From Gammaproteobacteria bacterium (lineage in GTDB: Bacteria > Pseudomonadota > Gammaproteobacteria > Eutrophobiales > Eutrophobiaceae): a DNA stretch of 64,000 nt. The translations under genes and the position numbers were made by a program. The DNA lies in contig OZ250183.1 of NCBI GenBank assembly GCA_965238225.1, forward strand, positions 864,001 through 928,000. Reading direction: 5' to 3'. Every line of letters begins with the position of its first letter. Position 1 is the stretch's first letter. Positions 31,630 to 40,818 of this stretch are shown in pieces. The notes under the pieces were generated by a model. It was given only the letters and a program-made list of their open reading frames with translations. It searched no databases and had not been told where the DNA came from.

Positions 31630-33567
31630 ATGATTCCTGAAATAGGAAATCTAGCTTTAATACTCGCCTTGGCCGTGACCATGGTTCAAGCAATCGTTCC
31701 AGGGATGGGCATGCTGAATCAACGAATAGACTGGATGGCAATAGCAAAACCTGCAGCCTTGGTGCAATTCTTTCTGGTACTTACAGCATATGTAATCTTG
31801 ACTTATTCTTTTATCGTTCATGATTTTTCTGTGCTGTATGTCGCCAACACTTCAAATTTAGAATTACCTTTAATTTATCGAATTTCAGGAGTATGGGGCG
31901 CGCATGAAGGCTCTTTGCTGTTATGGGTCTTAATACTCAGTACATGGACAGTCGTTTTCGCAGTCTATAGTAAACGTTATACACATGATATGAGTGCTGG
32001 TGTTGTTGCCGTGTTAGGCTTCATCAGTATTGGCTTTTTAATGTTCACAATTTTCACTTCAAATCCTTTCTTACGGCATTTCCCTGTACCTATTGATGGG
32101 GCTGATCTAAATCCTTTATTACAGGATCCTGTGATGGCAATACATCCGCCCATGCTTTATATGGGTTATGTTGGTTTTGCAGTACCATTTGCCTTTGCGA
32201 TAACGGCACTAACACAAGGACGACTTGATGCAGCGTGGGCTTTGTGGGTTCGACCTTGGGCAATAGCAGCATGGATATGTTTAACTGCAGGCGTCACTTT
32301 AGGCAGTTGGTGGGCCTACTATGAACTTGGTTGGGGTGGTTGGTGGTTTTGGGATCCTGTCGAGAATGCTTCATTTATGCCATGGTTAACAGGAACGGCA
32401 TTAATTCATTCTTTGGCTGTAACAGAAAAACGTCGTAATTTGAAAAATTGGACAATCTTACTATGCGTCATTAGTTTTTCATTAAGCTTATTGGGTACAT
32501 TCTTAGTTCGTTCTGGGGTATTAACATCCGTACATGCATTTGCTGCCGATCCTGCCAGAGGTATTTTTATATTAGTTTTTTTAGGCATTGTTGTCGGTAT
32601 ATCTTTTTCTTTATTCGCTTTTCGTGCATGGCAGTTACGGTCTGCCAATCGTTTCAGTTTCATATCTCGAGAAATGGCATTATTGGCAAATAGCGTATTT
32701 TTATTGATTGCTATGTTAACTATCCTTTTAGGAACGCTTTATCCGCTGATCTTAGAAGCACTGGGGGGCGGTAAGATTTCTGTTGGCTCACCATATTTTG
32801 CGAGAGTATTTGTTCCTCTTATGATTCCTGTCGTTATTTTGTCCGGAATTGGCCCTTTCATAAATTGGAGAAATCATTCTTTATCTGAAATAGCAAAACG
32901 CTTACGCCTGACAGCTATCCTTACAGTTGTCTTTGCAAGTGTACTGATAGTTTTTTTACCTGGAAAAGCAACATTCACATCGTGGTTTGGGTTGTTTTTG
33001 TTGTTTTGGGGTATCAATTGTTGTTTTACCTTATTGAAATATCGATTACGTCATGCCAGTAATAAATTACAAGGGCTCAAAAAAATAAAAAGAGGTTGGT
33101 ACGGAATGGTTATCGCTCATATTGGCCTAGTTTTCACAGTATTTGGTATAGCTTTGTCCAGCGTCTACAGTAAAGAAGAAGATATACATATGGTGCCTGG
33201 TGATGATAGAGAACTGGGTGCTTATCGTTTTGAGTTTATGGGCGTTGAAAGAAAATCTGGACCAAACTACCAAACTGATTTTGGTACAGTTCATGTATAT
33301 AAAGATGGAGTAAAATTGATGACATTGCATCCTGAAAAGCGGATTTATAATGTACGTAAGAACATAATGACAGAAGCAGCAATTCATTCAAATTTAGTAC
33401 GTGATTTATATGTTTCGCTTGGCGATAAGCGAAACGCAAATACAAATGCTTGGTCTATTCGACTCTATTATAAACCATTTATCTTATGGATTTGGTTAGG
33501 AGGTTTCACCATGGTCTTTGGTGGCTTACTTACTTTAACAGATGCGCGCTATCGTATAAAAAAATAA
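31630..33567 (+). CDS. ccmF: Heme lyase CcmF
   Basis: WGAHEGS, WGGWWFWDPVEN, SVHAFA. Confidence 0.98.
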   Translation: MIPEIGNLALILALAVTMVQAIVPGMGMLNQRIDWMAIAKPAALVQFFLVLTAYVILTYSFIVHDFSVLYVANTSNLELPLIYRISGVWGAHEGSLLLWVLILSTWTVVFAVYSKRYTHDMSAGVVAVLGFISIGFLMFTIFTSNPFLRHFPVPIDGADLNPLLQDPVMAIHPPMLYMGYVGFAVPFAFAITALTQGRLDAAWALWVRPWAIAAWICLTAGVTLGSWWAYYELGWGGWWFWDPVENASFMPWLTGTALIHSLAVTEKRRNLKNWTILLCVISFSLSLLGTFLVRSGVLTSVHAFAADPARGIFILVFLGIVVGISFSLFAFRAWQLRSANRFSFISREMALLANSVFLLIAMLTILLGTLYPLILEALGGGKISVGSPYFARVFVPLMIPVVILSGIGPFINWRNHSLSEIAKRLRLTAILTVVFASVLIVFLPGKATFTSWFGLFLLFWGINCCFTLLKYRLRHASNKLQGLKKIKRGWYGMVIAHIGLVFTVFGIALSSVYSKEEDIHMVPGDDRELGAYRFEFMGVERKSGPNYQTDFGTVHVYKDGVKLMTLHPEKRIYNVRKNIMTEAAIHSNLVRDLYVSLGDKRNANTNAWSIRLYYKPFILWIWLGGFTMVFGGLLTLTDARYRIKK

Positions 33568-33580
33568 CTTTATACAAACC

Positions 33581-34159
33581 ATGTCTCAGCCAATTGAAAT
33601 AATACAATCAAGCAAACCTAAACGATGGGTATACCTGTTACCTCTGTTTGTACTTTTAGGGTTAATGGTATTTTTCGTCATTGGTTTGGGTCTTAATCCA
33701 AGGTTATTGCCATCACCATTAATAAATCAACCAGCACCTGAATTTTCATTACCATCATTAAATGACCCTGATAAATTAATTAGCCAAGCTGATTTTAAAG
33801 GTGATGTTAGCCTGTTAAATATTTGGGCAACATGGTGTACTTCGTGCCGCCAAGAACACTCCATACTAATGAGTATCACCGAAAGCAACGTCGCACCAAT
33901 TTACGGTTTATTGTATAAAGATCAACCTGAAAATGCCATTGTTTGGTTGGAAAAATATGGAAATCCATATAAAGCTAATGCCGTTGATATGGATGGCAGG
34001 GTTAGTATTGAATGGGGTTCGTATGGGACACCAGAAACATTCATTATCGATAAAGAAGGCATTATTCGCTATAAACATGTTGGTCCGATTAGTCAGCACG
34101 TTTGGCACAATACGCTATTGCCTATGATTCAAACATTACAAAATAAAAACGATGCATAG
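33581..34159 (+). CDS. ccmG: Thiol:disulfide interchange protein CcmG/DsbE
   Basis: WATWCTSC, GTPETF. Confidence 0.95.
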   Translation: MSQPIEIIQSSKPKRWVYLLPLFVLLGLMVFFVIGLGLNPRLLPSPLINQPAPEFSLPSLNDPDKLISQADFKGDVSLLNIWATWCTSCRQEHSILMSITESNVAPIYGLLYKDQPENAIVWLEKYGNPYKANAVDMDGRVSIEWGSYGTPETFIIDKEGIIRYKHVGPISQHVWHNTLLPMIQTLQNKNDA

Positions 34160-34616
34160 AATCTTTCTCTTAAGTTTATTTTTATTCAATACAGCATTCG
34201 TGTCAGCAGAGATTGCCGGGTTTCCATTTGAATCTGCAGCGCAGGAAGATAGGTTTAGAAGTCTTGCAAGTGAATTACGTTGTTTGGTTTGTCAAAATCA
34301 GTCTTTGCAAGATTCGAATGCGGGTTTGGCTCAGGATCTACGTTCAGAATTATATAAGCAGGTCATTAAAGGGAATTCAGAAGAACAGATTGTTAGTTTT
34401 ATGACGAATCGTTATGGGGATTTTATTTTATATAAGCCAAGAGTTAATAAAAAAACTGCATTACTATGGACACTGCCATTTATATTTTTGATCGTTGGAA
34501 TTATATCCCTGTTTCGAATAGGTAGAAATGAAAATAAAGATATGTCGGAACATGAAGATGATGATGAATTAAAAAAGATACGAAAATTATTAGAGAACGA
34601 AGCAGAATTGAAATGA
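34152..34616 (+). CDS. ccmH: CcmH
   Basis: LRCLVCQNQ, RYGDFILYKP. Confidence 0.96.
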   Translation: MHRIFLLSLFLFNTAFVSAEIAGFPFESAAQEDRFRSLASELRCLVCQNQSLQDSNAGLAQDLRSELYKQVIKGNSEEQIVSFMTNRYGDFILYKPRVNKKTALLWTLPFIFLIVGIISLFRIGRNENKDMSEHEDDDELKKIRKLLENEAELK

Positions 34617-35834
34617 TGTATTTGTTTATCATTGCAAGCAGTATCGCGGTAATTTTTGTATCAATTTTACCTTTATTCTTTAAGAGGAATAAGAAAGTTA
34701 TTGTCGAACGTGATGCTGTCAATATTAAATCAGCCGCAAATCGTTTATCAGATTTAAAACAAGCGCTGGAAAATAGAGAAATAACAGAAGATGAATTCCA
34801 GAGTTTTCGACAAGAGTTAGAAATTTCTGCACTTGAAGATTTACGTACAAATAAATCTGTTACAACAGATACAAACAAAGGCAACAAAATACTCGTCGCT
34901 ATCGTTGTTTTATTGGTTCCACTGTTTGTTATTTTTACATATAAAAAAATTGGTAACGAAGAAGCACTTTTGGGGCAAGCACCTAGCCAGGAAGATAATG
35001 TTAAACATATTGACGATGAGCTTGAAAAAATACTCGCAACTGTTGAGGCCGATGTAAAAAATAAACCTGATAATGTGGAAGGCCGTATTGCACTAGGTCA
35101 GGCTTATGTTGCAATGGAGCGTTACGGCCAAGCAGAAGCTATTTACAAAGAGGCTTATGAATTGCGCCCGCAGGAACCAGATATTTTGGTTAACTATGCT
35201 GAAGCTATGGCACGGTCTCATGGCAACCGTTTATCAGGTAGGCCAGCAGAATTATTAAATGATGCACTGAAAATAGAGCCTAGTCATAAGCGTGCACTTT
35301 GGCTTGCAGGATTTGCCGAAATACAAGGAAATAACAAACAGCAAGCGATTTTATATTGGCGCAAACTACTGTCTGGCTTGGACACAGATTCTGAAATGTT
35401 TAAACAGGTGCAAAAAACACTTCAGGATCTTGAATCCTGGTAAATCCTTATCAGATTCCAAGGTAGTTGCACATTCCAGTACTTTGCAACAATCTATCCA
35501 AGTGAATGTTTCTTTGTCTAAAGAATTATTGGGCAAGTTAAACAAAGACGCAGCGTTGTTTGTGTTTGCAAAGGCTGAACAGGGTTCGCCTATGCCTTTA
35601 GCAGTCTATCGTGGACTGGCTAAAGATCTTCCTGCAAGTGTCACGCTCGATGACAGTATGGCAATGGTAAAGGGGATGGCACTTTCAGATTTTCCAAAAA
35701 TAATTGTGGGCGCAAGGTTGTCTGGTAGTGGTAAGCCTCAAGGCGAGCCCGGCGACTATGAAGGTTTCTTTGAGGTCATTGAACTCTCTATGACACCCGT
35801 AGTAGATATCAAAATTGACACAATACAAAATTGA
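34613..35834 (+). CDS. ccmI: CcmI (TPR) split by a +1 frameshift near 35400-35440
   Basis: TM+TPR part ends LQDLESW* at 35443; C-terminal domain (LFVFAKA...PMPLAV...LDDSMAM...GARLSGSG) continues in the +1 frame to 35834. Confidence 0.85.
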
Positions 35835-36020
35835 TACAGTTATAATCCCTAAGAGCAATACCTACCTCAAACTGAGGTAGTATAAGCTAAAGGCTGGCAC
35901 TACTAAATATTAATGTTTTGTACTATGCTTATTACCATCTTAGCACTAGCATGAATCCACGGATATATATTTTTTATGAGCGCTATCGCAAAACCTTATC
36001 TTGAGAGAAATATCCTTTAA

Positions 36021-36539
36021 ATGACTGGCACAGCCGATAGAAAAAAGTTTTTAATTCATTTACGCCGTATAAGCACTCTATTTAGCAACGCTATTATGAA
36101 TGGTCCGGATGGTACGCTTGAAGGAAAATACGCAGAAGAGCATCCACTTTTTATTCACTATGCATGTAGCCTATACCTAATTGGCACCATAGCATACTTA
36201 GCAGGAGAAGATGGAGCTTATTCTTGGAAGAAGTCGTCTGATATTCATCAAGATTTTGATCAGTTCGCAGCAGAACACCCTACGGGAAAAAAATGGACTT
36301 TTGGGTCTCGAGGAATTACCCGATTCAATTTAGATGCTTTGGCGCAGCTTCGAAACGCAGTAGCTCATCACGACGGAGACCTTTCAGAAAACAATAATAA
36401 GAGCAGCTTAGAAATGGTTACGCAAGCAAGTATTCCGGGAGTATGCCTACGTGGATCAATAGCAAGGCTTGAGCATCCTATTCTCGAGCACACTCGAATA
36501 ACAGCGCTCGCAGTTAGATGTTACTTTGGAGATGGGTGA
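36021..36539 (+). CDS. Hypothetical protein with a HEPN-like RxxxxH motif
   Basis: 172-aa ORF containing QLRNAVAHHDG in a helical context. Confidence 0.6.
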   Translation: MTGTADRKKFLIHLRRISTLFSNAIMNGPDGTLEGKYAEEHPLFIHYACSLYLIGTIAYLAGEDGAYSWKKSSDIHQDFDQFAAEHPTGKKWTFGSRGITRFNLDALAQLRNAVAHHDGDLSENNNKSSLEMVTQASIPGVCLRGSIARLEHPILEHTRITALAVRCYFGDG

Positions 36540-36562
36540 AACATTTATGCTGCGAAAGTTTC

Positions 36563-36602
36563 GCATAACAAGCGCATGCAGTCCTCCTGAAGAGCGTTAC
36601 TG
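36563..36602 (+). other. Degenerate, internally deleted integron attC-like site
   Basis: GCATAACAAGCGCATGCAGTC...GCGTTA begins 24 bp after the orphan's stop codon. Confidence 0.45.
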
Positions 36603-36763
36603 TTTTGTCTGAAGAGTTAAAATACAATTTGGAGATACCAATGGGGCGTAGTAGGCATGGTCTTGAGACAATTTATAAATCATATACTATTGATGAGTTA
36701 TTAAATATGTATTCAAAAACTACAATGCAAAGCACAAACCGACGAAAGGAAAAATAGGTACAA

Positions 36764-36860
36764 ATGGCAAAGAAAAATAATACAAAATCAAAATCTATAG
36801 AAGAAACCCTTTGGCAATCGTGTGATAAATTGAGAGGTTCGGTAGAGCCATCTGAATACA
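36764..36860 (+). pseudogene. hsdM: N-terminal stub of a type I R-M methyltransferase subunit
   Basis: MAKKNNTKSKSIEETLWQSCDKLRGSVEPSEY, after which similarity breaks off. Confidence 0.75.
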
Positions 36861-37000
36861 TCTTGTTGTCGTGCTGCGATAAAGTATTCGATAAGCTTAT
36901 AATTGTTTGAGTCTGTTTAAGCTACTCTTTACATTTTGCCTTCAATAATACATTGTAGATATTATCAAGGACAGTTTCAGTAAAAATACTATAGAACTCT

Positions 37001-37819
37001 ATGGAAATAATAATTTTAGAAAATGCAGATTCTGTCGCAGTTCTGGGCGCTCAGCGCATATCCGAGTTGGTAAATAAAAAGCCGAGAGCTGCATTGGGGT
37101 TAGCGACAGGCAGTACGCCTATTGCCATGTATCAACATTTAATTCTACTCAACCAACAGCAGCAGGTTAGCTTTCAAGAGGTCACAACTTTTAATCTCGA
37201 TGAATATATTGGCATTGATTCTAATAATCCGCAGAGCTATCGATCTTTTATGAACCGGGAGCTGTTAGAAGCAATTGATATTAATTTGGCTAATACACAT
37301 TTCCCGACTTGTAAAAGCGGTCAAAATCCAAGGCAGATAGGCGAGCAATATGAGCAGTCAATAGTGCAGGCTGGCGGTATAGATTTGCAAGTTCTTGGAA
37401 TTGGTAGCAATGGGCATATTGGATTCAATGAACCCACCTCGAGCTTATCATCTAGAACCCGTGTAAAAACCCTTACGCAGGCTACGGTGAAAGACAATAG
37501 TCGTCTATTCTCCAAGAACGAATTTCAGCCTCGTTTGGCTATGACTATGGGAATAGCCACCATTTTGGATGCGCGTCAAACTATTCTTCTTGCAACAGGG
37601 GAAGCTAAGGCAGAAGCGGTTCACAATGCAATTGAAAACCCACTGTCTGTTAGTTGTCCAGCTTCCGCATTGCAGATGCAACAACATGCTACTTTTATTT
37701 TGGATGAAGCCGCAGCGTCAGCATTGAAATATTCCTCTTATTATCAATGGGCGCACAAAGAAAATGAGCCATTGATAGAGTCATATGGAAACTTTTATAA
37801 AATTGGATTCAATGAATAA
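37001..37819 (+). CDS. nagB: Glucosamine-6-phosphate deaminase
   Basis: LGLATGSTP, TFNLDEY, GIGSNGHIGFNEP, CPASALQ. Confidence 0.97.
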   Translation: MEIIILENADSVAVLGAQRISELVNKKPRAALGLATGSTPIAMYQHLILLNQQQQVSFQEVTTFNLDEYIGIDSNNPQSYRSFMNRELLEAIDINLANTHFPTCKSGQNPRQIGEQYEQSIVQAGGIDLQVLGIGSNGHIGFNEPTSSLSSRTRVKTLTQATVKDNSRLFSKNEFQPRLAMTMGIATILDARQTILLATGEAKAEAVHNAIENPLSVSCPASALQMQQHATFILDEAAASALKYSSYYQWAHKENEPLIESYGNFYKIGFNE

Positions 37820-37835
37820 GAAAAAATATAACTTA

Positions 37836-37955
37836 TGGGCAACAGAAACAATGGGTCATGCAAAGCACCCGCTGGAACTTTTCCAGCGTGTGATTACAGT
37901 CAGTATTGAAACAATGAAAATTGTAAACGCATTGCCTAAACTTGATATTGATTAG
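37836..37955 (+). pseudogene. C-terminal stub of a type ISP restriction-modification enzyme
   Basis: WATETMGHAKHPLELFQRVITVSIETMKIVNALPKLDID* resembles the conserved ISP-family C-terminus. Confidence 0.7.
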
Positions 37956-38026
37956 AAAATAGGTATGAACACGTTGCTTAATAATTTAATAATTCCCTTA
38001 TTGTCCTATTCCGCAGGATACATCGA

Positions 38027-39197
38027 ATGACTGTTAGTAATCGTGCAAAAGTAAATCGTGATTTGCTGAAGTGGGGGAAGGCAAATGTCTGGTATGCCGC
38101 TATCAGTCGCTGCTAGAAAAATTTGCGTTAAGAAAAAAAAGCTAAAGGACTGGGAAGACGGTGAAAGTCATCCAACTATCACACAACTTCGTAAGTTAGC
38201 CAATACTTACAAACAAAGTTTTGCTGTATTTTTCCTACAAGAAGCACCTACCGTTCCAAAATTTCCGCTAAAAGACTATCGCCGCCTACCCGGTTCTATA
38301 AGCCATGAGGTCGGCCATGAAATTACTATGGATGTTAGGAGTGCACAGGATAGACGATTAATAATACTTGATTTAATGCAGCTGAATGGCATTGAGCCTG
38401 ATAAATTTACATATCATGGAGCGATAGATGAAGGCGCGGATGTTCTTTCCAAGCGTATTCGTAGTAATTTGGATTTTTCGTTTTCTGAACAGATAAAACT
38501 ACGAAATCCAAGAGAGAAGTTTAAATATTGGCGTGCAGTACTGGAAGATTTTGGTGTTTTAGTATTTCAAAGTTCAGCTGTTGATATTGGCTATATGCGA
38601 GGGTATTCAATATATGATGATTATTTTCCCATTATTGTTGTAAACCGAAAAGATGCGGAAGTAGCAAGAATTTTCACCATGTTTCATGAACTGGTGCATA
38701 TTTACCTTCGTGCCAGTGGATTGTGTGATTTAGAAGCTAGAATGGATCTTCCGCCGGAAGAACAAGGATTAGAGCAGTTTTGCAATGATGTTGCTGCGAA
38801 TACCTTAGTGCCAAAGGAACATTTTACCAATAATGAAATTCTTCTAAAAAACGATACGGGCATTTGGACTGACGTAGAAATTAATAGCCTTGCTAAAGAA
38901 TATTGTGTTAGTCGTGAAATGATTGCACGAAGACTGGTTGAAGTGGGTCGTGCAGATGGAGTGTTTTACCGAGATAAACGGAATCAATACCTTGATGAAT
39001 ATAAAAAGGCTAGAGCTAATAAATCCGGTGGTTTTGTTTCGCCTGAGGTAAATGTTCTAAGTAAGGGCGGTCGTATGTTTTCTGGTTTAGTCATTCAGTC
39101 TTTGAAGTCAAAGAAAATAAATTCAACGCAGGCGTCAGAATTGCTGGGCCTTAAATTAGAGTATATTAAGAAAATAAGTACTTCGCTGGGGTATTAG
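38027..39197 (+). CDS. XRE-HTH + ImmA/IrrE (M78) metallopeptidase; +1 frameshift in the G5 tract 38073-38077
   Basis: DWEDGESHPTITQLRKLA HTH, FTMFHELVH, EQFCNDVAA; RBS-led ATG at 38027 (MTVSNRAKVNRDLLKW) is one base out of frame with the 38085 ORF. Confidence 0.88.
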
Positions 39198-39208
39198 CAG
39201 ATTAAGTT

Positions 39209-39700
39209 ATGGAACTGGCGACACTATCTAAAACAAAGGATGTTTATGTGATAGATACGTGTTCACTTATCGCCATGATTGAAATATATCCGCAAGATGT
39301 TTTCCCCGGCGTATGGGAAAAAATTGATGAATTAATAGATGAATGTAAAATTATATCTGTTGATGATGTATATATAGAATTAAGTTCAAAAGATGATGAT
39401 ATTTATAAATGGGCAGGTAATAGAAAACATATTTTCAAAGAACTGGGTGATGAAATTCAGGGATCAGCCACTAAAATACTTGATACACATGCCAACTTGA
39501 TAGACCCAAGAATAAAAAAGTCCAGCGCAGACCCCTTTTTAATTGCAGTGGCGCGTGTTCATGGTGGGATTGTTGTGACGGAAGAAAATTATAGTGGTAG
39601 CGACCATAAATCAAAGATTCCCGATGTGTGCCGTTATTACAAGATTGATTGTATAGATTTACTGAAAATGCTTAGGCGTGAGAATTTAAAGCTTACGTAA
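39209..39700 (+). CDS. PIN-domain protein (DUF4411-like)
   Basis: YVIDTCSLI, YPQDVFPGVW, ADPFLIAVA, VVTEE, KIPDVC. Confidence 0.88.
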   Translation: MELATLSKTKDVYVIDTCSLIAMIEIYPQDVFPGVWEKIDELIDECKIISVDDVYIELSSKDDDIYKWAGNRKHIFKELGDEIQGSATKILDTHANLIDPRIKKSSADPFLIAVARVHGGIVVTEENYSGSDHKSKIPDVCRYYKIDCIDLLKMLRRENLKLT

Positions 39701-39756
39701 TGTGGTTCAAGGTAAAAGTAAAATACATGCCGAAATGTAAAACGTAAATTGTGTAA

Positions 39757-40116
39757 TGGTGGAGGCGGCGGGAGTCGAACCCGCGTCCGCAAGCACTCTG
39801 CCTTTGGCTCTACATGTTTATTCTATCTATTAATTTAGCCCTACATTACCCGACAGACAGGGAAAACATAAAGCGAGTTCGGGTAAGTTTTAACGAATCC
39901 ACACCGAACATGTTTCATCGCGATCTTATATGAGTCGACCCCGGTTATTTGAGCGTATAAGCACGCATCAAGCCGAGGGCACTATGCTGGTTATTAAGCA
40001 GCTAGAGCGTAGTTGTCGTCGTTGGCAACTATAATTTTGTAGTCAGATTTACGAGGAAACTACACCTCGACATGCACCTTGGGTTTCGCTACCCACGTCG
40101 AAGCCATTACGCCCCC
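39757..40116 (-). ncRNA. ssrA: tmRNA, tag peptide ANDDNYALAA
   Basis: 5' GGGGGCG...CGCCTCCACCA 3' acceptor stem, T-arm, tag ORF at 39994-40026; adjacent to smpB. Confidence 0.98.
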
Positions 40117-40185
40117 CGTAGTTTTAAAACCATTAGTAATCTCGGATTGTACGGCATAAGGCACTTAGAAAACAGAGCAAAAGAA

Positions 40186-40722
40186 TTAATTGCGAATCTT
40201 TAATAGCCTTTGTTTTTCGCGTTTCCAGTCGCTTTCCTTTTCTGCTGCGCGCTTGTCGTAGGTTTTTTTACCAAGGCCGACACCAATCTCAAGTTTGATT
40301 AGGCCATGTTTCCAGTAAAGCGCCAGAGGGACTAGGGTGAAGCCTTTACGTTCCACGACACCGATAAGGCGGTTTAATTCGGTTCGATGTAATAGGCATT
40401 TTCGATTGCGCGTGGGGTCGGGTTTGCTATGGGTCGATGCCGTAGGTAGCGCTGAAATATTTGCGCCAAAGAGGAATGCTTCGCCATTTTGCAGCAAAAT
40501 GTAACTTTCTTTGATCTGAACACGGCCTGCGCGAATGCTTTTGACTTCCCAGCCTTCTAATGACAAGCCTGCTTCATATCGATCTTCTATAAAATAGTTG
40601 CGTCTGGCTTTCTTGTTGAGCGAGATGGTATTATTTTTTAATTTCTCTTTTTTGGTTCTTCCCACAACAAATCCCGCCCAGTCCAGCGTGCACCTTGGTT
40701 GAAGGTGTAATTGTATACCCAA
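40186..40722 (-). CDS. smpB: SsrA-binding protein (true start probably further downstream)
   Basis: [26 protein letters not shown]. Confidence 0.97.
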   Translation of the reverse strand: MGIQLHLQPRCTLDWAGFVVGRTKKEKLKNNTISLNKKARRNYFIEDRYEAGLSLEGWEVKSIRAGRVQIKESYILLQNGEAFLFGANISALPTASTHSKPDPTRNRKCLLHRTELNRLIGVVERKGFTLVPLALYWKHGLIKLEIGVGLGKKTYDKRAAEKESDWKREKQRLLKIRN

Positions 40723-40818
40723 ATTACTTTAAAATGCAGGCTTCACAGGTTTTGAACTTAAGAACCTTGAGGGAAATGGTAAATTCACGCAGAATGAATC
40801 TTGTTTATTTGATGGAGA

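Noticed and set aside
36673-36861. 62-aa minus-strand ORF
   Set aside because: Antisense shadow of the HsdM stub
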